Source: an uncultured Methanomassiliicoccales archaeon (GTDB lineage: Archaea > Thermoplasmatota > Thermoplasmata > Methanomassiliicoccales > UBA472). From it: a stretch of 64,000 bases of DNA. The notes under the pieces are model-generated. The model had not been told where the DNA came from. It did not search any database and saw only the letters and a list, made by a program, of their open reading frames with translations. This document shows, piece after piece, positions 1 through 9,391 of the stretch. Location of the stretch: NCBI GenBank assembly GCA_963695345.1, contig OY968769.1, positions 1,472,001 through 1,536,000 on the forward strand, given 5' to 3'. A program made the translations under genes and the position numbers. How positions within the stretch are numbered: the first letter of the stretch is position 1; every line of letters begins with the position of its first letter.

Positions 1-473
1 TCACCGATCTTGATCTTTCCCTTGACCTTGCCGAACTGCTCGAAGTGCTCCGAGGCAACGTTCTGGGAGAGGATCTCCTTCTCGCTGCTGACGGCGTTGC
101 GGTAATCGAACATGGCGTTCAGGGCGTCGAACTCAAGGTCGAACTTGACGTTGACCTTGGATATCTCGTCCTTCAGTTGCCGGGGCAGCTCTCCCTCGAA
201 CCTGATCGCCCATTTCTTTTCCGACTCGATCTTCTCCAGCACCAGTCCGGCTGACGCTAGGTCGTTGTCTGCCATCTCGGACTTGGCCCTTGTCCCGATG
301 GTCGAGCCATCCGGCATTAGGAAGTAACAGAACGCGGTCTTCTCCTTCTTGTTGGGCACCAATCCAATCCTCATGAAGCCGAGAATGTCGTTGCCTCTAT
401 CGTAGAGATTGAAGTAGAAGCTCTCGTTCCAGTCCTTGTTCTCGCCGAATTCGTGTATGACGTCTGAGTCCAA
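1..473 (-). CDS. Hypothetical protein, DUF7064/DUF7065-like (AttH/tocopherol-cyclase-like beta fold); runs off the window start
   Basis: Not in ORF track (truncated). Manual translation from TTG at 473: LDSDVIHEFGENKDWNESFYFNLYDRGNDILGFMRIG...HFEQFGKVKGKIKIG, open to position 1. WNESxYF and H-x-EQ-x-G motifs. Starts 5 bp after the upstream gene's stop. Confidence 0.7.
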   Translation of the reverse strand, partial: MDSDVIHEFGENKDWNESFYFNLYDRGNDILGFMRIGLVPNKKEKTAFCYFLMPDGSTIGTRAKSEMADNDLASAGLVLEKIESEKKWAIRFEGELPRQLKDEISKVNVKFDLEFDALNAMFDYRNAVSSEKEILSQNVASEHFEQFGKVKGKIKIG

Positions 474-478
474 ATAAA

Positions 479-3105
479 TCAGCCTTCCGATATGTATATT
501 AGGCCTTCGTTCCCGTTTAGGGTTATTCTCTGCCCTGATTTGAATATTTTCGTTGCGCCCTTCACGGCGGTGACGGCCGGGATGCCGTATTCCCGGGAGA
601 CCACGGCCCCATGGGATAAAATCCCTCCGGTCTCCGTGATCAAACCGCCGATCTTCGAGAACACCGCCGTCCAACCCGGATCGGTGTTCGAGGTGACGAG
701 TATCTCGCCGGATTCCACGTTCTTCAGTTCATCGATGGAACGGACCACCCGGATGACGCCGGTCACCATGCCCGGGCTGGCCGCTGTCCCGGTGATCCGG
801 GTGGTGTTTCCGGTTATCTCCACGGTGTCGTCGAACTCGATCCTGCCCTGGAGGAATTTGGGCGGGAGCTCGTCCCCGTAACGCTGGAACTCGGTGATCC
901 GGGTGCGAACGGCCTCCCTCACGTTCCCTCCCCGCCCTTCGGCCTGATCGAACACCTCCTCCTTGTCAAGGAAGAAGACGTCGCTCGGTTTCTCCAAAGC
1001 ACCACGTTCCGCCAGCCTTCTCCCGTACTCCATGAACAGCCGCCTGGCGCGGAACAGCTGCTCGTCCAGGTAGAACCTCTGGTTCTCCCGGAACATCATG
1101 TAGGTCTGGGCGAACTTGATGACGATCTTGAACACCGGTTTCTTGAAACTGCCGTACCTGACCCCGGAGAGCCGGTCCATTATCTCCCGCTGGGCCTTGT
1201 GCCTCTCCGCCACCTTCCGGGTCTCCATGGCCTCCAGATCGACCTCCGGCGATGAGGCCAATGAACGGACTATGTCCAGGACCAGGGCTGGGTCGTCTGA
1301 CCACCTGGCATAGTAGATCTCCCGCGTGTGCGAGCGGTGTCCGTAGGCGTGCATGAACTGTTCGAAGGCAGCCTTGAACCCCGCCAATGCCTGCTCCCCG
1401 TCCATCTCGCCGAGGAACTCCGACGATGGGAGGGCCATCAACCTTCCTTTCACCGCGGCGTCCCTCCTCGCGATCTGGGCCAACCGGTACAGCTCGATGT
1501 TGGTCTCGATGGTCTTGTTCCCTCTCAGGCCAGAGACGATCTTCGAGTAGAGCACACCATCCGCATCGCCGACCCACTTGGTCAGCCAGGTCTTCAGGAT
1601 CAGGTTGGTCCCGATGGAATGGGTGACCATCCCGTAGCGGATGAGCCGGTAGTGCTTCAGGCAGGCCTCTTCCAGATAATCGAACTCATGGTGCAGCTCC
1701 CGGTCGTTCAGCTTCGTGAGGTCCAACGCATCGTAGCGGGCCATTTTCCTCATGTAGGTCTTGGCCCAGCGCCGGTACGCCCGGTCGTTGGTGATGATGG
1801 TCCCGTCCCGGTCAAGGATGGATATCCTTACTTCCGCCCAGACCCTGGGCACGATCTTGGTCGGCGCGTTGGCGATGCGGACCCGGTCCTGCTCAGGGAA
1901 ATAGTTCAGCAGCTCCTTTGTCCGGGAGAACCGCGGATTATAGGTGAAGATCTCTTCCAGTACGAAGGTGTTGAAGTAGATGTGGGCCTTGTGCAGCCGG
2001 AGCAGCGGCACACCATCCAGGGAGCGGTATCCCATGATCCTGGCGCCTTCCCAGTTGACATATTTGGTGAGATATTCGCCCATGTACGAATAGAACAGCG
2101 GCGTGGTGGCATCCGCCCAGTACTCATCGCCATAGGCCCTGGTCCATACCGTCTCCTTATTCTCCAGAGTGGTGATCGGCCGGCACTGGAGGATCCTGAT
2201 CCCTCCGCTGTCCACCGCCCATTCGATGTCCTGAGGCGAACCAAAGTGCTTCTCCAGTTTCATCCCGATCAGGGCCAGCTCCTCGGCTGTTCGGTCATCC
2301 AGGGCAGGCTGCATCTGCTTCTCCAGGTCGATGTCGACCGGCACGCTCGTCCTCTGAACGGAGGAACAAGCCCTTCATCTTCCGGTTGATGCGCCTATCG
2401 ATCAGCTGCAGCCTTTTCCGATCGCACACGATACCGGTCTGGCATGACGATGCCGGAGGCGATGGATTCGCCCAGTCCCCAGCTGGCCTCGATCACGACC
2501 TCGTCCTTCTTGCCGATCGGGTCGATGGTGAACATGATCCCGGAGGAGACCGCGTCCACCATGCCCTGGACGACGACGGCGATCCCGGTGGCGGTCTGGT
2601 CCACGCCCCGGTCATGGCGATAGGTCATGGCCCGGGCCGTCCAGTAGGAGGCCCAGCATCTCTTTGCGTTCTGCGAGACGTCCATGGGCCGGACGTTCAG
2701 GAAGGTGTCCTGCTGGCCGGCGAAGGAGGCGTCGTCCTTGTCCTCGGCGATGGCCGACGACCTCACCGCGAACAGTGCTCCCTCGGCGAAGGTCGAGCAG
2801 GCGGTATGCAGCGATGTCCGCAGCTCCCCGCTGATGGTATGCGAGAGTATGATCTCACGGATGCTGTTGGAAGCGATGTTGACCGCCTCGCTGTCCTGGA
2901 AGTCCGTTTTCCCGATCCTTTCCTTGATCGCCGTGTCCAAGTCGTTGTCGGTTAAGAATCGTTCATAGATCGACACTGGAATGACAAAGGCGTTTGGCAC
3001 GGAGAACCCATCACGGGCCATGCGGGCGAGGTTCAGGGCCTTGCCGCCTACCTGGACCAGATCTTCATCTTTGATGTCCGCCAAAAACAGTAAAGGTTCG
3101 ATCAA
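479..3105 (-). CDS. PEP-utilising enzyme of rifampin-phosphotransferase/PigC architecture (ATP-grasp, central substrate domain, C-terminal His swivel); split by indels near 2350-2415
   Basis: ORF 2395-3105 has VGGKA, AVRSSA, SFAGQ, VVVQ.MV, EASWGLGE. ORF 479-2344 continues with PQDIEWA..ILQCRPIT and ends with TDPGW and GGILSHGAVVSREYGIPAV. A third frame (RLQLIDRRINRKMKGLFL) bridges the two pieces. Confidence 0.85.
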
Positions 3106-3138
3106 TGTAGCGCCCCGAGATGTCGATTCCGCTTCGAA

Positions 3139-3567
3139 TCACTTCTCTGATGCTAAAGGATTTCGTTGACCCTTGGCGTCCCCTGCCGGATCCGCTTCCT
3201 TCCTCTTGATGGCCGCCGCGTACGCTTCCTTCAGCAATGTTTTCAGTGATTCGGACTCGGCATCCGCCCGCCCATTGATGATCGCGACGGCATGCGACCG
3301 GCCATTCCCTGACAGCAGACCGTCCGGGTCTGGAAGTTCCCGGCCCCGGTAGAAACCGATGGACCATCCGGCCTTGGAATGCCTCAAGACCACCACTGTA
3401 CCCTTGTAGCCTTCACCCACCATGTAGGCCAGCAGACTTGCTTTCTCGTCCACGACCTCCTCCGTGTCGGGAATGGTGCTCATTATCACCGATCTGATCT
3501 GCAAGCCCAATTTCGACGCCTTGCCTTTATTGGCTAACCACACTTCACCGGGGACCGGTTCGGCCAT
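3139..3567 (-). CDS. DUF1801/YdhG-like protein
   Basis: 142 aa; GFYRGRELPDPDGLLSGNG motif and C-terminal LKTLLKEA helix. Confidence 0.6.
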   Translation of the reverse strand: MAEPVPGEVWLANKGKASKLGLQIRSVIMSTIPDTEEVVDEKASLLAYMVGEGYKGTVVVLRHSKAGWSIGFYRGRELPDPDGLLSGNGRSHAVAIINGRADAESESLKTLLKEAYAAAIKRKEADPAGDAKGQRNPLASEK

Positions 3568-3673
3568 GCATCGTCCATGGCGCTAGTCGTTGATATCCCT
3601 TTTCTGTGCTGCGTACGACATTTCGCAGCCGGTCATGAACTGTTATATCCCGCCAGGTCCATGGAGAGGATGT

Positions 3674-4447
3674 ATGCGAGAGATGCTCGAGAACATTGCT
3701 GAAGAGGTCCGGAAGAAGGTAAACTCCCTGCCCAAGGACTTCGACAGGTCCAAGGAGCTGTGCATGGGAGCGGACGGAACCCCGACGCTCAGCATCGACA
3801 AGGTCGCCGAGGATGTCATCATCGAACACATCACCGATAACGGGATCCCGCTGAACATCCTGAGCGAGGAGGCGGGTTTCATCGACAACCGGGCGGAGAA
3901 GACATTGGTCATCGACCCGATCGATGGCACCTACAACTCCGTCATGGGGATCCCTTTTTACAGCGTGTCCATGGCCATCGGCACCAAGAGCCTGGCGGAT
4001 GTCGAGGCAGGGCTGGTCCAGAACGTGATCACCGGAGAGACATTCTATGCCGAATCAGGAAAGGGCGCGTTCCAGGACGGTTGCCGGATGAAGGTCCGGA
4101 AATATGTCCAGAAGCAATCCACATTCTTCGTGTATATCGGCAGGCACTCCAAGCCGGAGTGCTACGGCGCGACCAAGAAGGCCAACCGCTCCCGGTCCAT
4201 GGGGTGCGCGTCCTTGGAGATGTGCATGGTGGCCAAGGGGAGCGCGGACGGGTACTATTTTAACGCGGACCACTATGATAAATCCGTCAGGGTGATAGAC
4301 ATCGCCGCCAGCGCCCTGATCCTCCGTGAGGCGGGAGGGGAGATAGTGGACCTGTCGGGCAACCGGCTGGACATGCCGTTCAACCTGAAGGTAAGGAGCA
4401 ATTTCCTGGCATATGGCGATGAAGTGGTCAAAGGGGTGCTGTTATGA
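3674..4447 (+). CDS. suhB: Inositol monophosphatase / FBPase family protein
   Basis: GADGTPT, ILSEE, VIDPIDGT, DIAA motifs; start moved to ATG 3674 (MREML) after GAGGA. Confidence 0.9.
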   Translation: MREMLENIAEEVRKKVNSLPKDFDRSKELCMGADGTPTLSIDKVAEDVIIEHITDNGIPLNILSEEAGFIDNRAEKTLVIDPIDGTYNSVMGIPFYSVSMAIGTKSLADVEAGLVQNVITGETFYAESGKGAFQDGCRMKVRKYVQKQSTFFVYIGRHSKPECYGATKKANRSRSMGCASLEMCMVAKGSADGYYFNADHYDKSVRVIDIAASALILREAGGEIVDLSGNRLDMPFNLKVRSNFLAYGDEVVKGVLL

Positions 4448-5253
4448 GGTTCGGGATGAGCGTGAACATGGACGTGCCGGACGCGACGCGAATGGCCAGG
4501 CGAGCGCTGCAACTTCTGGAGGGACACGAGGTCCTGCTGGAGAACGAGATCGCCGAGCGCTTCAAGCTGAAGGGCTGCAGCATAGAGGACATGGACGTGG
4601 ACGTCATGATCACCATAGGCGGCGACGGGACCATTCTTAGGACCGCTCAACGCCATAAGGCGCCCATCTTCGGCATCAACGCTGGCGACCTGGGGTTCCT
4701 GACGGAGGTGGCGGACGAGGAGCTGGAGGAAGGCTTGGAGAACATCCTCAAGGGCAACTACGATGTCGTCTCCCGCCTGAAGCTGAAGACCACCATCAAC
4801 AAGAAGCGCCTTCCCGACGCGGTCAACGAGGCGGTCGTGCATACCGCCCATGTGGCCAAGATACGGCACTTCCAGGTGTTCGTCGACGATGAGCTGGCAG
4901 TGAACGTGAGGGCGGACGGCATCATCATCTCCACCCCCACAGGATCGACCTGCTATGCAATGAGCGTGGGAGCGCCGCTGGTGGACCCGCGGGTGGAGGC
5001 TTTGGTGATTGCTCCGATGGCCCCGTTCAAGTTCGCTGCGCGTCCGGTGGTCGTCCCTTCCACCAGCAAGATCACCCTCAAGGTGGTGCGGCCTAAGGAA
5101 TGCGTCGTCGTGGTGGACGGTCAGGAGGAGGAGGCCATGGCCGGGAACGAGACGGTCGAGTTCAGCGTTTCGGAGACCAAGGCCCGCTTCGTCTCGTTCG
5201 GTCGGAGCTTCTACTCCCGGACCCGGGAGAAATTGATGGGATCGCTATGCTAG
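4444..5253 (+). CDS. nadK: NAD(+) kinase
   Basis: GGDGT, GxLGFL, NE, DGIIISTPTGSTCYAMSVG motifs; ATGA overlap with upstream gene. Confidence 0.95.
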   Translation: MRFGMSVNMDVPDATRMARRALQLLEGHEVLLENEIAERFKLKGCSIEDMDVDVMITIGGDGTILRTAQRHKAPIFGINAGDLGFLTEVADEELEEGLENILKGNYDVVSRLKLKTTINKKRLPDAVNEAVVHTAHVAKIRHFQVFVDDELAVNVRADGIIISTPTGSTCYAMSVGAPLVDPRVEALVIAPMAPFKFAARPVVVPSTSKITLKVVRPKECVVVVDGQEEEAMAGNETVEFSVSETKARFVSFGRSFYSRTREKLMGSLC

Positions 5254-5639
5254 GGAAGAAACGGAAGGTCTGGGGCATCGACCGGCAGGTCCTGGAGATG
5301 GTAAACGAATCGGCCAGACAGTCCCTTCCGAACGAATTCGTGGCGGCGATGAGGGCGGAGGAGGGCGTGATCTCAGAATTGCTGTTCCTTCCTGGAACGA
5401 TACAGGGAGAGGACAACGCCACCCTGTTCCTGCACATGCTCCCGATCGACTACTCGGTCGTCGGCACGGTGCATTCCCATCCCGGTCCCAGCAACCATTG
5501 GTCGGACGCCGACCTGCAGCTGTTCCGGCGCTTCGGGAACACCCATATCATCACCAAACTGCCATATGACATGCACAGCTGGCAGGCCTACGATATGGAA
5601 GGGAACAGGATCGAGCTCGAGGTCGTCGACCTGGATTAG
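5247..5639 (+). CDS. Mov34/MPN/JAMM metalloprotease
   Basis: PNE and VHSHP..S..D JAMM motif; start at ATG 5247 overlapping the nadK end. Confidence 0.9.
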   Translation: MLGKKRKVWGIDRQVLEMVNESARQSLPNEFVAAMRAEEGVISELLFLPGTIQGEDNATLFLHMLPIDYSVVGTVHSHPGPSNHWSDADLQLFRRFGNTHIITKLPYDMHSWQAYDMEGNRIELEVVDLD

Positions 5640-6862
5640 AATATCCGGCTGTCTGGCCCGATCTCGCCCTTGGCGATCGCGCCCATTCCCACGATCGACC
5701 TTTCCCCTATGATCGTTCCCGGCTCGATCATGCTGTTGATGCCGGTCTTGACGTCATCGCCCATGATGACACCGAGCTTCCTGGTTCCAGCGTCTATCGA
5801 GCTCCCTTTGAACGAGACCTTGACATTCTTGTCATCGAAACGGAGGTTGGCGACTTTTGTGCCGGCACCGAAATTGCACCGTTCCCCGACGATGCTGTCC
5901 CCGACATAGTTGTGATGGGGGACATGCGTTCCGCTCATCACGATGGAGTTCTTTATCTCGACGGCCGCACCTACCCGGACGTTCTTTCCCAGGCAGGTGG
6001 ACGGCCGGATGTAGCAGTTCGGGCCGATATCGCAGCCGGCGGAGATGTAGACCGGCCCCTCGATGTAGCAGCCAGCGCGTACCAGCGCCCCCTTCTCCAC
6101 CACTACCTTGCCCTTCAGGGTGGCTCCCTCCTCGACGACCCCCTCGATGCGCCGTTCTAGGTTCGCCATCAGGATCTCGTTGGCCTTGAGCAGGTCCCAG
6201 GGCCTTCCGACATCCATCCAGGGTCCCTGCAGCCGATAGATGTTGATGTCCATTTTGCCGGCCATCATGTTGAGCGTGTCGGTGATCTCGTACTCTCCGC
6301 GGAGCGACTTCTCCGTTCTCTTGATGAATTCGAAAACCTGGGGGGTGAACACGAACAGCCCCGCGTTGATCATGTTGCTGGGCGCCACCTTGGGCTTCTC
6401 CACGATCCGCACCATCTTTCCATGGGATTCCTCAATGACCCCGAACCTGGTGGGGTCGTCCACGGTGACCGTGGCCATTATCGTTCCGCGGCTATGGCGA
6501 TGGGCCTCCACGACTGCCACGATGTCCTTTTCCGACAACACCACGTCGCCATTGATGCACACGAAGTCCTCGTCCATGAATCCCTCGGCGACCCCGATCG
6601 CGTTCGCCGTACCGAGCCTCTCCTTCTGCTCCAGGTAGGTGATGTGGATCCCTTCCGAGGCGCCCTCGCCATAGCATTCCCTGATGCGGTTGCTCTTGAA
6701 CCCGACCAGCAGAGCGATGTCCTCGATGCCTGCCGCCTTTAGGCTGGCGAACAGGTGGCTCAGATATGGTTTCCCCGCCACCAGCAACAGCGGCTTAGGG
6801 GTGTTCGACGTCAAAGGCCTGAGCCGGGCACCTTCGCCGGCAGCCAGAATTAGGGCTTTCAT
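5636..6862 (-). CDS. glmU: Bifunctional sugar-1-phosphate nucleotidylyltransferase/acetyltransferase (archaeal GlmU)
   Basis: LAAGEGARLRPLT..PKP, EKP, hexapeptide repeats, HNYVGDS; ATG 6862 overlaps glmM stop. Confidence 0.93.
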   Translation of the reverse strand: MKALILAAGEGARLRPLTSNTPKPLLLVAGKPYLSHLFASLKAAGIEDIALLVGFKSNRIRECYGEGASEGIHITYLEQKERLGTANAIGVAEGFMDEDFVCINGDVVLSEKDIVAVVEAHRHSRGTIMATVTVDDPTRFGVIEESHGKMVRIVEKPKVAPSNMINAGLFVFTPQVFEFIKRTEKSLRGEYEITDTLNMMAGKMDINIYRLQGPWMDVGRPWDLLKANEILMANLERRIEGVVEEGATLKGKVVVEKGALVRAGCYIEGPVYISAGCDIGPNCYIRPSTCLGKNVRVGAAVEIKNSIVMSGTHVPHHNYVGDSIVGERCNFGAGTKVANLRFDDKNVKVSFKGSSIDAGTRKLGVIMGDDVKTGINSMIEPGTIIGERSIVGMGAIAKGEIGPDSRIF

Positions 6863-8164
6863 TTCATGCACCTCTTTACGATGGTACGGGCCTGACCCAT
6901 CAGCCTCTCCAGTTCGTCCTGGCTCCGGGCCTCGGCCGAAATCCGCAGCTTCGGCTCGGTTCCAGAGAGTCTCATCAGGTACCACCCACCGTCGAACTCG
7001 GCCCGGAACCCGTCAACGGTTATCAGGCGGTTGCAGCTGACCCCGGCCATCTCCTCTGCCATCTTGGAGTTCAAGGCCTCACGATTGGCCGCGGGGAAAA
7101 CGAACGACTCCCTGGCCCTGGGATAGGACGGAAGCGCGTCTATCATCTCCGACAGCGGCTGCTCCTGGGTGTACTTCGCCAGCAAGGCCGCGGCGTACAC
7201 GCCGTCCGGGCAATAGGTCTCCTTGGGGAAGATGAACGTTCCTGAGGGCTCGCCGCCGAAGGGCAGCCCGGTCCGCTTGAGCGCCTCCGCCACATAGACG
7301 TCCCCCACCTTGGTGCGTACGACGTTGCCCTTGACCATGTCGTCCAGCACCATGGAAGCGTCGATCGGCGCCACCAGCCCGGTAGCTCCCAGGACCGAGG
7401 CGAATAGGGCCAATAGCTTGTCCCCATCGACAAAATGTCCCTTCTCGTCGACCGCCACCATCCGGTCCCCGTCGCCGTCATGGGCGATACCTAGGTCAGC
7501 TCCCCGTCCTACGACGTTCTTCATGAGGTCGGTCAGCTGTTCCTCGGTCGGTTCCGGCATCCTGCCGGGGAAGTAACCGTCAGGCTGGGCGTTAAGGGAG
7601 AGGACGCTGCACCCCATCTCCCGTAGCAGCAGCGGGCTTATGTTGAACGTGGCACCGCAGGCGCAGTCCACCACGACGCTGATGTCCGAACTGCCAACGG
7701 AACCGATCACCGCACTGATGTGATCATTTACAGCGTTCCGGTGAACGTATTCCTGGCCTATGTCCCTCCATGAAGGTTTTCTGGATCCGCCGTTCTCGAT
7801 CAGGCGTTCCACCCGTTCCATCTGGTCGGTGTCGAACGCGCTTCCATCCGGGTTCCACATCTTGACCCCGTTGTACTCCTTGGGGTTATGGGACGCGGTG
7901 ATCATCAGTCCGCAATCGTAATCGGCGGCGGCCCTTGCCAGTGTCGGTGTGGACACCATTCCCGGCCATGAAGACATCGGCCCCGGAGGAATTTGCACCG
8001 GCGGCCAAGGCTCTCTCCATCATGTCCCCGCTGGTCCTGGTGTCCTTTCCGATCACGATCTTGCCATATTCATCGCCCACAGCCATTCCTATCTTGAGCA
8101 CCAGGCTAGATGTGATCTCTTGGCCTACCAAGCCACGGATCCCCGAAGAACCGAAAAGTGTCAT
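6859..8164 (-). CDS. glmM: Phosphoglucosamine mutase; one extra base at about 7961-7963
   Basis: N-terminus MTLFGSSGIRG...GKDTRTSG in ORF 7886-8251; ITASHNP, DGDGDR, GGEPSG, RLSGTEP in ORF 6859-7998. Removing one C from ccc 7961-7963 joins the frames (AGMVSTP). Confidence 0.92.
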
Positions 8165-8377
8165 GAGTCTCAGCGCTGAGGGAATCACTCTTCCTCGATA
8201 TATCATTACCTGACCTAGTTCGGCCAGTGCTTCTAACGGTCTTGCCAGCATGTTTTGGTGATGGTGTCTGGGTGATGCATATCCGCGATGCGAAATGCCT
8301 ATATCTGCTGGCTCCCAAGCGCATTCTTCTCTATGGGGATTTAAAGGAAATGACTACTGGGAGCCTAACATTATGAG

Positions 8378-8394
8378 ATAAATTTTATATATAG
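8378..8394 (+). promoter_or_regulatory. Archaeal TATA box of the small basic protein gene
   Basis: ataaaTTTTATATAtag about 70 bp upstream of ATG 8460; GGAGGG RBS at 8447-8452. Confidence 0.7.
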
Positions 8395-8459
8395 GTCACG
8401 TTCATTACTTACTGGATAGTTGGCCAGTATCCGGCCAAATGTCAAAGGAGGGATATCAT

Positions 8460-8684
8460 ATGGTGATGGAACAGATTAGCCTCGACAAGGCCAAGGAGAT
8501 CGCTAAGAAGAAGGGTCTCAAGCCGGGCCGTGTAAAGGGAACGAACGGGATTCAGTTCACAAAGGGAAGCAACGCCCGCCTCGAGATCGTCTCATGGGAT
8601 GACTTTGAGAAGACCCTCGGCAAGAGGGGACTCGCAGTATACGAGTCCGGCGGCTGGATGAAAATAATGAAGAAGGCCAAGTAA
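8460..8684 (+). CDS. 74-aa lysine-rich small basic protein, single-gene unit (candidate nucleoid-associated protein)
   Basis: RBS before ATG 8460; 14 Lys + 3 Arg against 8 acidic residues; own TATA box and T-rich terminator. Confidence 0.85.
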   Translation: MVMEQISLDKAKEIAKKKGLKPGRVKGTNGIQFTKGSNARLEIVSWDDFEKTLGKRGLAVYESGGWMKIMKKAK

Positions 8685-8713
8685 GGCCTTCCCTCACTCG
8701 GTCAAACCCGATC

Positions 8714-8746
8714 AAACTCCTTTCTTACGTTTTTCTATTTCTCTTC
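8714..8746 (+). terminator. Archaeal oligo-T/pyrimidine terminator
   Basis: ctcctttcttacgtttttctatttctctt directly after the stop, between convergent genes. Confidence 0.55.
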
Positions 8747-8749
8747 GGA

Positions 8750-9214
8750 TCACAACTTCATTATCAGCCAGTTCTTTGGCGATGATTCCCTCCCCCTGAA
8801 CCTGACAATGGAATACCTTCCATTCAGCCTGCCACCTTTCAGTTCGACCACCACTTTGTCCTTATCACGATGCTCAAGATTGTATTCCCCCCGGTCCCAG
8901 ATCAATACCTTTCCCCCGCCATACTCTCCTTTGGGTATGTCGCCCTCGAAGTCCGCATATTCCAGAGGGTGGTCCTCGGTCTCCACCGCGAGGTGCTTTA
9001 TTCCCTTCTCTTCCGGCACTCCCTTCGGCACCGCCCAGCTCTTCAAAACCCCGTCGATGGACAGCCTGAAATCATAATGGAGATGCGAGGCATGATGTTC
9101 CTGGACGACAAATATCGGGCGTTCCGAGGCACCGCCCCCGGAAGGCTCGCCGGTCTTTGAAAAATCTCTTTTTGAACGATACTCGTCAAGCGATGAGGAC
9201 TGGTCCGGTGTCAT
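8750..9214 (-). CDS. Stand-alone LigD 3'-phosphoesterase (PE) domain protein
   Basis: YRSKRDFSKTGEP, FVVQEHHASHLHYDFRL, LKSWAVPKG, EDHPLEY, YGGGKV.IWDRG. Confidence 0.95.
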   Translation of the reverse strand: MTPDQSSSLDEYRSKRDFSKTGEPSGGGASERPIFVVQEHHASHLHYDFRLSIDGVLKSWAVPKGVPEEKGIKHLAVETEDHPLEYADFEGDIPKGEYGGGKVLIWDRGEYNLEHRDKDKVVVELKGGRLNGRYSIVRFRGRESSPKNWLIMKL

Positions 9215-9391
9215 AGTTGCCTAACAATTCCCACCCATCCATATAATAACGCATCGTCTCGTCGGAATGAGATCTATCCGGCCTACATCTTTGTCCAATT
9301 CCTAGATTTGTAAGTAACATTGGCCGAAGTTCAACGGCAGTTATCCGGAACAGATGATGTGAAAAGGTTCCAGTCCATCTCACGGAAGATG

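Noticed and set aside
2392-2397. Pyrrolysine readthrough joining the two halves of the PEP-utilising gene
   Set aside because: The downstream ORF is out of frame with the TAG (50-bp offset); indels explain the split.
7955-7970. Programmed ribosomal frameshifting in glmM, ksgA, hcp and the ThiI-like gene
   Set aside because: No shared slippery heptamer or downstream structure; both insertions and deletions occur, as expected of sequencing error.
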